A stretch of 63,942 bases of DNA, filler included. It is 4 parts of 4 records of this genome, joined end to end, with 100 filler letters (N's around TTAATTAATTAA, not from the genome) between each part and the next. Parts side by side here need not be neighbours in the genome. Positions count along the whole stretch, not along the records: positions 27,656 to 58,030 come from DRR723986_5036; 3 more parts are not named here. One strand, 5' to 3'. The first letter of the stretch is position 1, and every line of letters begins with the position of its first letter. This document shows, one piece after another, positions 39,363-49,507 of the stretch. A program made the position numbers and the translations under genes. The notes below the pieces were generated by a model. It made no database searches, was not told the origin of the DNA, and worked only from the letters and a program-made list of their open reading frames with translations.

Positions 39363-40499
39363 GTGCCCTTCAGTCCCCCCGATGAGATTTCACTACCAGC
39401 CGACGCAGCCGGCCTTGTTCCCGATGTCCGCTCCGTTGCCGAGCACAGGCGGCGGGGACGCGCAGCTGCGCTCAATGCCTCCGGCCGCTTCGAGAAATTA
39501 ACTCGTGAATGTTTCGACGATGGCTGGGAAACGCTTGAAGACCTGCCGCCGCTGAAAACCCAGGTTCAGGAAGAGCGTGCGCGCACAATCATCACCCGAA
39601 ACGAGTCGCCGGATATTTCCTTCGACCGCTCCATCAATCCCTACCGGGGCTGCGAACATGGATGCATCTACTGTTTCGCCAGACCGAGCCACGCGTTCAT
39701 GGGGCTGTCTCCGGGCCTGGATTTCGAAACCAGGCTGTTTGCCAAACCCAATGCCGCCCAACTTCTGGAGCGTGAACTTTCCCGCCCCGGTTATCAGCCG
39801 CGCGTGATCGCCATCGGCACCAATACTGATCCCTACCAGCCGATGGAACGCGGCTACAAGCTGATGCGTGAGATCCTGGAAGTGCTGGACAATTGCTCCC
39901 ACCCGGTTGCGATCGTCACCAAGTCAGCCCTGGTCACGCGAGATATCGACATTCTGTCGAGGCTGGCAGAACGAAATCTGGTGAAGGTTGCCTTGTCGGT
40001 CACGACGCTCGACAAGAAACTCTGCCGGGCCATGGAGCCGCGTGCGTCTGCACCCCACAAAAGACTTGAGGCCGTCCGGGCTCTCTCCGACGCGGGCATT
40101 CCCACGTCCGTAATGATGGCGCCTGTGATCCCGGCCCTGACAGACAGCGAAATTGAAAACCTTCTGGAAGCGGCAGCCGAGCATGGCGCGACGGAGGTCG
40201 CCTACATCCTTTTACGGCTTCCCCTGGAAGTGTCGGAACTCTTTCGGGACTGGCTGCTGCGAGAGCGTCCGGACCGCTACCGCCATGTGATGAACCTGAT
40301 CCGCGCCATGCGCGGCGGCAAGGACTATGACGCGAAATGGGGAGAGCGCATGCGCGGCCGTGGTCCTTATGCCGACCAGATTGCCAAACGGTTCTCGCTG
40401 GGAGCGAAACGCCTTGGCCTCAATCTGCGCCGCCGAAAGCTCAACACCGAGGCATTCGTCCAGCCGCAAAAAGGCGGTGTGCAATTGGACCTGTTTTGA
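39363..40499 (+). CDS. PA0069/Rv2578c family radical SAM protein (SPL-like)
   Basis: SINPYRGCEHGCIYCFARPSH, GTNTDPYQPME, C-terminal QLDLF clamp-binding-like motif. Confidence 0.92.
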   Translation: MPFSPPDEISLPADAAGLVPDVRSVAEHRRRGRAAALNASGRFEKLTRECFDDGWETLEDLPPLKTQVQEERARTIITRNESPDISFDRSINPYRGCEHGCIYCFARPSHAFMGLSPGLDFETRLFAKPNAAQLLERELSRPGYQPRVIAIGTNTDPYQPMERGYKLMREILEVLDNCSHPVAIVTKSALVTRDIDILSRLAERNLVKVALSVTTLDKKLCRAMEPRASAPHKRLEAVRALSDAGIPTSVMMAPVIPALTDSEIENLLEAAAEHGATEVAYILLRLPLEVSELFRDWLLRERPDRYRHVMNLIRAMRGGKDYDAKWGERMRGRGPYADQIAKRFSLGAKRLGLNLRRRKLNTEAFVQPQKGGVQLDLF

Positions 40500-40544
40500 A
40501 GCCAGATCTTGAGAAACTTGCTGCCGGACGGCAGGGTGCTGTTC

Positions 40545-41195
40545 ATGAATTTCAGCCCTTCCCTCTTTGACCTTGCCTTTCCCGATAGCCCGGACCTTGT
40601 GATCGAGCGCAAGCACGCGAAATCCTTTGACGGTCGGCTCTGCGGCGTAGACGAAGCCGGTCGTGGCCCCTGGGCCGGGCCGGTGGTCACGGCCGCGGTT
40701 ATCCTGGATTACGACCGGGTGCCTGTTGGCCTCAATGATTCCAAGAAACTGACAGAAGCCCGGCGCGAAGAGCTTTTCGAGCAGATTGTTGCTACAGCCC
40801 ATGTCTCGCTCGCCAGCGCTTCACCGGCAACGATCGATGCTGTCAATATTCGCACCGCAACCCTGTCGGCCATGGTGCGGGCCGTCAATCACCTGCCTCT
40901 GGTTCCCGACTACGTTCTTGTCGACGGCCGCGATGTGCCGCATGGGTTGAAACAGGCCGGACAGGCTTTGATCAAAGGAGATGGCCGCTGCCTGTGCGTT
41001 GCGGCTGCCTCTATCGTTGCGAAGGTGACAAGGGACCGGATGATGGTTCACCTCGACGCCAGTTTTCCGGACTACGGGTTTGCCCAGCACAAGGGGTATG
41101 GCGTGCCGCAGCATCAGGCAGCCCTGGAACGCCATGGGCCGACAGTTCATCATCGCCTCAGCTTCAAGCCGGTCAGGCTGGCTGCAGGGACTTGA
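40545..41195 (+). CDS. rnhB: Ribonuclease HII
   Basis: GVDEAGRGPWAGPV, LNDSKKL, KGD, AASIVAKVTRD, HKGYG, HRLSF. Confidence 0.95.
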   Translation: MNFSPSLFDLAFPDSPDLVIERKHAKSFDGRLCGVDEAGRGPWAGPVVTAAVILDYDRVPVGLNDSKKLTEARREELFEQIVATAHVSLASASPATIDAVNIRTATLSAMVRAVNHLPLVPDYVLVDGRDVPHGLKQAGQALIKGDGRCLCVAAASIVAKVTRDRMMVHLDASFPDYGFAQHKGYGVPQHQAALERHGPTVHHRLSFKPVRLAAGT

Positions 41196-41343
41196 GGTTC
41201 CAGACATAACGGGGTCGGTTTAGACGGCAGGAAATACGCTGCAAGTCAGCGACACTCCCCTGCTTTCGGGCACGTCAACACCAACCGGCAATGGCGTTCG
41301 CTGCCGATTAGTGACAAGTAGCGTGCGAATTGCCTGCCGCAAC

Positions 41344-41372
41344 AAAAAAGCGGCCCCGAAAGGCCGCTTCTT
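41344..41372. terminator. Terminator after atpF (probably bidirectional)
   Basis: AAAAAA-GCGGCC-ccgaaa-GGCCGC-TTCTT. Confidence 0.8.
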
Positions 41373-41398
41373 CAATTCGTCAGCAGAGCGGACCGAAC

Positions 41399-41878
41399 TT
41401 AGTTCAGCCGCTCCTTCACCTGCTCAATGCTCTTGGCGAGGATGTCGTCGGCGACTTTATCCTTCACCTTCGCTGCAAGGATTTCCTCGGCAGCGGCAAC
41501 GGCAATGTCAGCGGCCTTGGCACGGACTTCAGCGACTGCCTGGCTTTCGGCCTGTGCAATCTTGTCTTCCGCAGCCTTGGTACGGCGAGCAATCATTTCT
41601 TCCAGAGCCTCGCTGGTTTCGAGCGTCAGGCGCTCGGCTTCCGAGTTGGCTTCTGCGATGATGGCTTCCGCTTCGCTTTCGGCTTCATGACGCTTGCGCT
41701 GATACTCAGACAAGAGAGCCTGGGCTTCTTCACGCATCTTGCGTGCGTCTTCCAGTTCCTTGCGGATGGTTTCTGCGCGTTCGTCCAGTGAACCGTTGAT
41801 CTTGGCCGGAACCTTGACGTAGAAAATCACGACGAAGAACAGGATAAGACCGATCAGGGCCCAAAATGTAGCATCCAT
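41399..41878 (-). CDS. atpF: F0 ATP synthase subunit b
   Basis: MDATFWALIGL TM segment plus coiled coil; position in the operon. Confidence 0.93.
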   Translation of the reverse strand: MDATFWALIGLILFFVVIFYVKVPAKINGSLDERAETIRKELEDARKMREEAQALLSEYQRKRHEAESEAEAIIAEANSEAERLTLETSEALEEMIARRTKAAEDKIAQAESQAVAEVRAKAADIAVAAAEEILAAKVKDKVADDILAKSIEQVKERLN

Positions 41879-41888
41879 GACGGTCTCC

Positions 41889-42449
41889 TCAGTTCATCGC
41901 CGACTTGAGCGCCTTGGTCAGGTCGGTCTTGGTCGGAGCTTTGCCCATCAGCTGCTCAACGAGCGCTGAAGCGGTTTCTCCGGCAATATCCCCGATCTGA
42001 GAAAGGGCATCGGTCTTGGTTGCAGCGATCTGTGCTTCAGCCGCTTTCAGCTTCCCGTTCAGCTCGGCTTCCGCCTTTTCGCGGCGAGCTTCATGATCTG
42101 CCTTGAGCTTGGTCCGCGTCTCGTGGGCAATGCCATGAGCCTTGTTGCGGGCCTCGGCCAGCGCCTGCTCGTAAGCTGCGATCGCAGCGTCGGTTTCTTC
42201 CTGCAGCCGGTTGGCTTCGGAAATGTCACCGGCGATACGGTCCCTGCGGTCTTCCAGAATGCCTGCGATCCGCGGAACGGCCACATTCTTCATGATCCAG
42301 TAGAACACGCCGAACGTGATCGCGAGCCACAAGAGCTGGGAGGCGAATGTGGTGCTGTCAAAAGGCGGGAAACCCGCGCCATGCTCTGCGGCCGGCACTT
42401 CTATGGCTTCGTGCATGCCTTCTGTGGTCGAGTGAGTTTGGCCTGCCAT
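41889..42449 (-). CDS. atpF2: F0 ATP synthase subunit b'
   Basis: FPPFDSTTFASQLLWLAITF motif. Confidence 0.92.
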   Translation of the reverse strand: MAGQTHSTTEGMHEAIEVPAAEHGAGFPPFDSTTFASQLLWLAITFGVFYWIMKNVAVPRIAGILEDRRDRIAGDISEANRLQEETDAAIAAYEQALAEARNKAHGIAHETRTKLKADHEARREKAEAELNGKLKAAEAQIAATKTDALSQIGDIAGETASALVEQLMGKAPTKTDLTKALKSAMN

Positions 42450-42530
42450 TTCCAGTCTCCTAAATCCGGCTGGGCGGCGCTAGAGAGCGCCGCCACCGGA
42501 GTCGCATCGATAGTCGCTAAGGTTTAGCGA

Positions 42531-42755
42531 TTAAGCGAACAGGAGGATCAGAGCCACCAGCAGGGAGAAGATGCCCAGAGCTTCCGTCACGGCGAAGCCG
42601 AAGATCAGACGGCCGAACTGGCCATCAGCAGCGGACGGGTTGCGCAGAGCGCCTGCGAGGTAGTTACCGAAAATGTTGCCAAGGCCGATGCCTGCGCCGC
42701 CCATGCCCAGGCATGCGATACCGGCACCGATGTATTTTGCTGCTTCTGCTTCCAT
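42531..42755 (-). CDS. atpE: F0 ATP synthase subunit c
   Basis: [10 protein letters not shown]...ALRNPSA...[10 protein letters not shown]. Confidence 0.97.
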   Translation of the reverse strand: MEAEAAKYIGAGIACLGMGGAGIGLGNIFGNYLAGALRNPSAADGQFGRLIFGFAVTEALGIFSLLVALILLFA

Positions 42756-42825
42756 GACACGTGCTCCTAAATGGTGTTTGCAGATTGCTCACTCGCGGCG
42801 CAATGGCCGTGTGATTGGGTTACCC

Positions 42826-43575
42826 TCAGTGTGAAGGATGAATGGCGTCGTTCAGGTACATGCAGGTCAGAACGGTGAAGACGTATGCCTGCAGGAACGC
42901 GACCAGGAATTCCAGAGCCGTCAGGGCAACCGTCATTCCGAGAGGGAGAATGGATCCGAAGATACCGACCGCACCCATCGCGCTAAGGCTGACGATGAAT
43001 CCGGAGAACACTTTCAGCGTGATGTGACCGGCGAGCATGTTCGCGAAAAGACGAACGGACAGGCTGATCGGGCGCGAAAGGAACGAGATCACCTCGATCA
43101 GCGTCACGAGCGGAATCAGTGCACCTGGCACGCCGCTGGGGACGAAGAGCTTGAGGAACTTCATGCCGTTTTTCATGAAGCCGTAAATGATCACGGTGAG
43201 GATCACCAGCATCGCCAGGGCGAAGGTCACGATGATGTGGCTGGTGATGGTAAAGAAGTACGGGAACATCCCGAACAGATTGGCAACCAGAACGAACATG
43301 AAGAGCGAGAACACGAGAGGGAAGAAGCGCATCCCTTCCGTTCCTGCTGAACTTCGCAATGTTCCGGCAACAAACTCATACGCCATTTCCGAAATCGACT
43401 GCAGGCGGGTCGGAACGAGTCCGCGGCCGCTGGTCGAGAAAATCAGGAATGCAGACGTCGCCGCCACGGTCAAAACCATGAACAACGAAGAGTTGGTAAA
43501 AGAGAAATCCATGCCCCCGACTTCAATCGGGAATAGCGTCTGGATATGGAACTGATGGATCGGATCGTTCGCCAC
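42826..43575 (-). CDS. atpB: F0 ATP synthase subunit a
   Basis: [40 protein letters not shown] start. Confidence 0.97.
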   Translation of the reverse strand: MANDPIHQFHIQTLFPIEVGGMDFSFTNSSLFMVLTVAATSAFLIFSTSGRGLVPTRLQSISEMAYEFVAGTLRSSAGTEGMRFFPLVFSLFMFVLVANLFGMFPYFFTITSHIIVTFALAMLVILTVIIYGFMKNGMKFLKLFVPSGVPGALIPLVTLIEVISFLSRPISLSVRLFANMLAGHITLKVFSGFIVSLSAMGAVGIFGSILPLGMTVALTALEFLVAFLQAYVFTVLTCMYLNDAIHPSH

Positions 43576-43628
43576 CGGCCAGCCTTCTTCGTTCGTTCAT
43601 ATCAATGCGCCAGAAGGCGCGACAAATT

Positions 43629-44015
43629 CTATTTCGATCTGTCGTTCTGAACGTCTTTTTCGCGCTGGACCTTGGCATCCGGCTGCTCGACGACACCGGC
43701 CGCGCGCAGAACGTTCAAGACCCCGGCCACGAAACCCAGCAACAGAAAGACAATCAGCCCGAAAGGCGACGTCCCAAGCCACTGGTCGGCAACCCAACCA
43801 ATCCCGGCCCCCACCAGCACGCCAGCGATAAACTCCGAAGAGAGTTTCATTGCCTGCGCGTATCCGGATGAGCTGCTTTGAGACTTCCGAGCGGTCTTTT
43901 CTTCAACCACCCTTATGTCATCAAGCTTCCGGTTCAATTGAGCCCGCCGTTCCGACAGACCTGCTTCCGGGGAACCAACCGCCCGATCCTTGTTATCGCC
44001 GTTTTGCGAAGACAT
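43629..44015 (-). CDS. atpI: ATP synthase protein AtpI/AtpZ
   Basis: SEFIAGVLVGAGIGW..D.WLGTSPFGLIVFLLLGF; first gene of the F0 operon. Confidence 0.88.
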   Translation of the reverse strand: MSSQNGDNKDRAVGSPEAGLSERRAQLNRKLDDIRVVEEKTARKSQSSSSGYAQAMKLSSEFIAGVLVGAGIGWVADQWLGTSPFGLIVFLLLGFVAGVLNVLRAAGVVEQPDAKVQREKDVQNDRSK

Positions 44016-44227
44016 GTTCTTAAGTCCTCAGCTTGCGCCGACATGCTTGATCCGACAACTGGGGAGCCCCCTAAGCCGCGCGCACCATAGTCGGCACCTC
44101 ATGCCGTGTCAAGAAGCCTGCACTAAACTCTATCCATTTGAAAAATAAAGATCTTTTCTGTTTTCACAGAATCAGCCAGACCTAAGTTGCATAAGGTTTT
44201 CGCGGCAGTGCCGCACCAGACGCAATC

Positions 44228-47200
44228 TTAGCCAGTTTCGCGGAATCGCTCTGCCGTCTCCAGATCGACCGAAACAAGCTGGGAAACCCCGCGCTCGGCC
44301 ATCGTCACGCCGAAGAGACGGTTCATGCGCGCCATGGTGATCGGATTGTGCGTGATCACCACAAATCTGGTTTCCGTGCTCTTGGCCATCTCGTCCAGGA
44401 GATCGCAGTAACGCTCAACGTTCGCGTCATCCAGCGGCGCATCGACCTCGTCGAGCACGCAGATCGGCGCAGGGTTGGTCAGGAAGACCGCGAAAATCAG
44501 GGACATGGCCGTAAGCGCCTGCTCTCCGCCCGACAGCAGCGTCATGGTCTGTGGCTTCTTGCCGGGGGGACGCGCAATGATTTCCAGCCCCGCATCCAGC
44601 GGATCATCGGAATCGACCAGCTGGAGTTCGGCCGTGCCGCCGCCGAAAAGATGAGTGAACAAGCGCTGGAAATGACCGTTTACGATCTCGAAGGAGGCGA
44701 GCAGACGTTCGCGCGCCTCGCGGTTGAGATTCGAAATCCCTGTTCGCAGACGGCGAATCGCCTCGATCAGGTCGTCGCGCTCCGAGGTCAGCGTGGTCTT
44801 CTGATCGTCGATTTCGCGCAGCTCTTCTTCCGCACGCAGGTTGACGCCACCAAGCCGTTCGCGCTCCGCCTTCAGCCGTTCCAGCTTGCGTTCCATGGAA
44901 TCGGGATCCGGCAGCGGTGCGCCTTCCTTAAGACCCGCGATTTCCGGCAATGCCGTCACCGGAACCTCCAGATCCTCATCGATCCGCCGTTCCAGGTTCT
45001 GCTTGCGGTCGCGGGCGGCTTCCAGTCGTTCCTCGGCGCGAATCTTCTCTTCTCGTGCGCCCGCCATCGCTTCCATCGCGGCCTTGGCTGCACGGTCGAC
45101 GTCGGCAAGATCCAGTTCCGCCTGCTGAAGCTGATCGTCGCGCGCCTTCTTTTCCTCTTCTGCCTTGGCAATGGCGGAAAACACGTCGCGGCGCTTGATC
45201 TCGATGTCTTCGGGCGCCTCGATCAGCTCGGCCCGCTCTTCTTCCGCTTCTTCACGCCGTTCCTGCAAAATGGAAATCTGCTGGGCGGCATTGGCAGCAC
45301 GGGTCTTCCAGCCGTCATATTCCCGGGCGATGGCTTCAAGCCGCCGGTCGCGCATCTGCTGTTCGCGGGCAAGCCCCTCTGCAACGGCCCTTGCCTCGGC
45401 CAGGGCGCCGCGCGCGGCCGCGACCTGCCCCTGCAATTCTTCGATACGATCGCGATAGCTGGTTCCGTCTGGCGCTTCTTCCAGGCGTTCTTCGGCCTCT
45501 GCCAGCTGTTCACGTGCCAGCTCGGCCTCTTCACCAAGACGCTGTGCCCGGTCCTGCGCAGCTTCCAGCTTGGCGGCCAACTGGGAAACGGCCCTTTCCG
45601 CCGCAGCCAGGGCTTCGCGCGCCGCGGCTGCCTGACGCTGGCCGTCACGAACCTTGCCTCTGGCCATCTGTTCAAGTTCGACGGCCTGACGAACCCTTGT
45701 AGCGGCACCTTCCAGTGCCTGCTGACGATCCTCAAGCTCGCGCCGTGCCTGCTCGATTTCGTCTCCAAGTTCAGCAAGGCGGTTCTTCTGCGCCAGGCGC
45801 TGTGCCGCCGGTGTCGGCGCATTGGCCGCGATTACGAAGCCATCCCAGCGCCACAGATCGCCTTCCACGGAAACCAGACATTGCCCCGGTTTCAGGGTCG
45901 TGCGCAGGCCTGGCCCGTCGGTCTGGTCGACAAGGCCGATCTGGCGCAGGCGGCGGCTCAGCTCGACAGGGGCTTCAACCACCTCGGCCAGACTGCGGGC
46001 TCCTGCCGGCAAGGCTGGATCGCCATCATGAGAGAGGACACCACCCCAGCGAACAGCAGCAGCTTCTTCAAGTGAGGCATCAAGGTCTTCACCAAGTGCC
46101 GCCCCCAGAGCCGTTTCGAAGCCCTGCTCCACCTGGATCTGCTCGACAACCGGCGTGTGATCCTGTTCGGAGTGAACATTCAGCACCTGCTCCAGCGTCC
46201 GTGCCTCAGTTTCGAGGCCCTGCAGCATCTGGCGGGCATCACCAACGGGTCCACGTGCGGACTGTTCCTGTTCGCGCGCTTCGCGGGTCGCGGTTTCGGC
46301 TTCTTCCGCGGCAGCTTCCGCCTCCAGAAGAGATTCCTCGGCCATCTCCAGCGCTTCCCGGTTCTCGGAAACGCCGTCCTGTTCGGCCATGCGTTCGTTG
46401 ATTTCCTGCAGAGCCTTTTGAGCGTCCTGCGCCTGGGCTAACAACCGGTCCGAGCGCTGGCGGCTTTCCGCGACTGCCCGCTCCAACTGGCGGCGTTCGG
46501 CGGTTGCACGCGCTTCGGCAGCGGTCAGGTCGGACAACTGGTTCTCCAGCTTTCCCACGGTCTCTTCGGCCTCGGCCACCTTTTCACGAGCGCTTTCGGT
46601 GCGCTCCTGCACCATCTCGTTTTCTTCCAGAAGCTCTGCGCGTTCTTCCGACAAGCGCTCCAGAACCTCATCGTTCTCGGACACCATGGATTGTTCGCGC
46701 CGGATATCTTCCGCCAGCTGCACCAGGCGGCGCTCCAGATCCTGAAGCTTTTCCTTTACCCGCCGTTCTTCCGCATCCAGTTCGTTGCGGGCGATCACCA
46801 GCCGCTGCAATGCAGCGCCCGCCCTGGCCGCATCCTCGCGCAGTTCGGGCAGCTTGTGGGCGGCGATAGCCTGGATGCGGGCGCTTTCCGCCTGCAGACC
46901 GGTGGCTTCGTTCACCTGCTTCTGGGCTTCGGCAAAATGGCTTTCGGCTGTTCCCAGTGCATCACGCGCCTCGGTCCAGCGGATGTAGAGGATCGAGGCT
47001 TCGGCCCCGCGGATTTCAGACGACAGGTTACGATAGCGCGAGGCCTGGCGCGATTGGCGGCGCAGATTGTCGAGCTGGCTGTCAATCTGAACGAGGACAT
47101 CCTCCAGCCGCTCCAGGTTCTGCTCTGCGGCGCGAAGGCGAATTTCCGCCTCATGCCGGCGCGAATGCAGACCGGAGATACCGGCGGCTTCTTCCAGGAT

Positions 47201-47686
47201 CTGCCTGCGGGAGGTCGGTTTGGCGGCAATCAGCTCGCCAATCTGCCCCTGGCGCACCATGGCAGGTGACCTGGCACCTGTGGATGCGTCGGCGAACAGA
47301 AGCTGCACGTCACGCGCGCGCACATCCTTGGCGTTGATCTTGTAGTTGGAGCCCTGCTCGCGCTCGATACGGCGGCTGACTTCAAGCGCATCGGCATCAT
47401 TGAAGGCGGCAGGCGCCGTACGGTCCTGGTTTTCCAGGTAGAGCGTCACTTCCGCGGTGTTGCGCGCCGGGCGGTTCAGGCTGCCGGAAAAGATGACGTC
47501 GTCCATGCCGGACGCACGCATGTTCTTGTAGGAGTTTTCGCCCATCACCCAGCGAAGGGCCTCGACAAGATTGGACTTGCCGCAGCCGTTCGGCCCGACC
47601 ACACCGGTCAGGCCGTTGCCGATGATGAACTCCATCGGTTCGACGAAGGATTTGAAACCGACAATGCGGAGCTTGGAAAATTTCAT
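44228..47686 (-). CDS. smc: Chromosome segregation protein SMC
   Basis: GFKSF, GPNGCGKSN, long coiled coils, hinge, LSGGEQ, LDEVDAPLD, ITH. Confidence 0.97.
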   Translation of the reverse strand: MKFSKLRIVGFKSFVEPMEFIIGNGLTGVVGPNGCGKSNLVEALRWVMGENSYKNMRASGMDDVIFSGSLNRPARNTAEVTLYLENQDRTAPAAFNDADALEVSRRIEREQGSNYKINAKDVRARDVQLLFADASTGARSPAMVRQGQIGELIAAKPTSRRQILEEAAGISGLHSRRHEAEIRLRAAEQNLERLEDVLVQIDSQLDNLRRQSRQASRYRNLSSEIRGAEASILYIRWTEARDALGTAESHFAEAQKQVNEATGLQAESARIQAIAAHKLPELREDAARAGAALQRLVIARNELDAEERRVKEKLQDLERRLVQLAEDIRREQSMVSENDEVLERLSEERAELLEENEMVQERTESAREKVAEAEETVGKLENQLSDLTAAEARATAERRQLERAVAESRQRSDRLLAQAQDAQKALQEINERMAEQDGVSENREALEMAEESLLEAEAAAEEAETATREAREQEQSARGPVGDARQMLQGLETEARTLEQVLNVHSEQDHTPVVEQIQVEQGFETALGAALGEDLDASLEEAAAVRWGGVLSHDGDPALPAGARSLAEVVEAPVELSRRLRQIGLVDQTDGPGLRTTLKPGQCLVSVEGDLWRWDGFVIAANAPTPAAQRLAQKNRLAELGDEIEQARRELEDRQQALEGAATRVRQAVELEQMARGKVRDGQRQAAAAREALAAAERAVSQLAAKLEAAQDRAQRLGEEAELAREQLAEAEERLEEAPDGTSYRDRIEELQGQVAAARGALAEARAVAEGLAREQQMRDRRLEAIAREYDGWKTRAANAAQQISILQERREEAEEERAELIEAPEDIEIKRRDVFSAIAKAEEEKKARDDQLQQAELDLADVDRAAKAAMEAMAGAREEKIRAEERLEAARDRKQNLERRIDEDLEVPVTALPEIAGLKEGAPLPDPDSMERKLERLKAERERLGGVNLRAEEELREIDDQKTTLTSERDDLIEAIRRLRTGISNLNREARERLLASFEIVNGHFQRLFTHLFGGGTAELQLVDSDDPLDAGLEIIARPPGKKPQTMTLLSGGEQALTAMSLIFAVFLTNPAPICVLDEVDAPLDDANVERYCDLLDEMAKSTETRFVVITHNPITMARMNRLFGVTMAERGVSQLVSVDLETAERFRETG

Positions 47687-47773
47687 TGGCGCCCGTGCCT
47701 CCTGGACACGGACACCTGAAGATCAGGGGCTTGATCGGCGCATACCGAACAGACCGGCGGACAGACCGCCAGT

Positions 47774-48409
47774 CTAGAGGTTTGCGTCAATAAGTTTGCC
47801 CATCTCTTCAATCGAAAGCGCCCCCGAGTGCTTTTCGCCATTGATGAAGAACGTCGGGGTGGAGTTCACGCCAAACTCGTTTGCACCGCGGTTTTTCACC
47901 GCATCGATGGCGTCGAGCAGACCCTGGTTCCCCAAACATTCCTCAAAGGACTCTTTTGTAAAACCTATCTGCTTGGAAAAGTCGAGCATGGATTGGTACG
48001 GATTGTCGGTAAACGCCCAGGTCCGCTGCTGTTCGAACATGATGTCCACAATCTCGAAATACTTGTCGGCAGGGGCGCAGCGGGCGAGCATGAATGCGCC
48101 GGCTGCAACCGGATCCAGCGGGAACTCGCGGAAAATGAAGCGAACCTTGCCGGTATCGATGTAGTCGGCCTTGAGGGCCGGATAGGTACGCTCATGGAAA
48201 TTGGCGCAATGTCCGCAGGTCATGGATGCGTATTCCACAATCGTGACCGGCGCGTTTTCGTCGCCAAGGATCTTGTCGCCCAGCGGGCCGGGTTTGACCA
48301 GCTCGTCCTGGTCGACTGCCTGCGCAAGAGCCAAGCTCGAACCGGCAAGGCAGAATGCGGCCGTCGCCAGGGCAGTGGATTTGAGAAACTGTCTACGGGT
48401 CTGGGTCAC
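47774..48409 (-). CDS. DsbA family thioredoxin-fold protein with Tat signal
   Basis: TRRQFLK Tat motif, EYASMTCGHC, REFPLD, STPTFFING. Confidence 0.9.
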   Translation of the reverse strand: MTQTRRQFLKSTALATAAFCLAGSSLALAQAVDQDELVKPGPLGDKILGDENAPVTIVEYASMTCGHCANFHERTYPALKADYIDTGKVRFIFREFPLDPVAAGAFMLARCAPADKYFEIVDIMFEQQRTWAFTDNPYQSMLDFSKQIGFTKESFEECLGNQGLLDAIDAVKNRGANEFGVNSTPTFFINGEKHSGALSIEEMGKLIDANL

Positions 48410-48773
48410 GAAGATCGTCCTGTCACATTAATCAAGCGCTGCACCGGCCGGTGCGTGGATCGAAGCACATCCTGTCGGATATCCTGGCCGATCGGGTTAA
48501 TTGGTACCGGGCCACCCTATTTGCGTTCAGCTGAATGCAGGATGAACCAGCTTGCCGCTTTCTGTGCCCTCTCGGGCAGGCGGCGTCAACAAAGCTTATC
48601 AAATGTGGCAGGAGCGAGGACGGTCAAAGGCTATCGAATACTGGCAGCCACCCTTGACCCGTCGACACCAACACAAGGGAAATCCTGAGTTCTTCGATAT
48701 CATGCCAAAGTCGGCGGCACGTTTGCCAATGCCGGTTTCACAGAGTTGTTATTGGACGAAGTAACGTGGGCCG

Positions 48774-49283
48774 TCAGGCCGCATCTTCTGCGCTGCGGGC
48801 AATAACCTGGGCGCCAAGCTTCCTGAGCGCCTGCCGCAGGCGGTCGTTCTCCACCCCCTCCAACCGCGCTTCGAGCTGCTGTTCTTCGGTTTGCGTCAAG
48901 TCGCGCAAGGGCTTTTTGCGAACGGGCTGCTTCACCAGAACCGGCTTCTGCAAGATCTTGATGCGACCGATGGCCCGCCAGCCATAGAAGGTATTGATAC
49001 GCTCGATCACCTGGGCACTGTCATGAGACAGCATCAAGGCTGTCGCCCCGTCGGTGTGCACCACCAGCGTCGCCGGTTCCGGCGGGTTTTCCGGATCGCC
49101 GCGTTCAGGCTGCCGCGGCCAGATCAGCCTGTCCGGCTGCACGCGCGTGCCGTAACGCTCGCCGACAATATCGGCCCAGGAGGCAATGATATCGACGGAC
49201 GCAAATCCACGCTTCCGGCAAACAGGCGTCATCGCCTTGCCGACAAGATCGGCCAGCGATTTCACCCCCTTCGAGGCGTGCAC
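48774..49283 (-). CDS. DUF721 / DciA family protein
   Basis: RGFA...W.DIVG...ERINTFYGW.AI..I.I.Q; conserved position between mutY and dsbA-smc. Confidence 0.8.
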   Translation of the reverse strand: MHASKGVKSLADLVGKAMTPVCRKRGFASVDIIASWADIVGERYGTRVQPDRLIWPRQPERGDPENPPEPATLVVHTDGATALMLSHDSAQVIERINTFYGWRAIGRIKILQKPVLVKQPVRKKPLRDLTQTEEQQLEARLEGVENDRLRQALRKLGAQVIARSAEDAA

Positions 49284-49507
49284 GGGATTTGCCTTTGTAG
49301 CGCTAATAGCCTACCTCCTCATCCAGATGTAAGGTGCGGCGATTTGCCGGCCATTTTCCGGATTGGGGTGTTGTGTCTCAATAGAATACGACAAAATGAC
49401 GACGAATACTTTCCCCAACCTCACCGCACTGCCTTTATCAGCCAAGTTGTCCCCAGGCTATCCAAGGCTTGCTGCTTCATATCAACACCACTTGTTCTGC
49501 TGATCTC

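Noticed and set aside
44348-46075. 575-aa plus-strand ORF
   Set aside because: Antisense shadow of smc.
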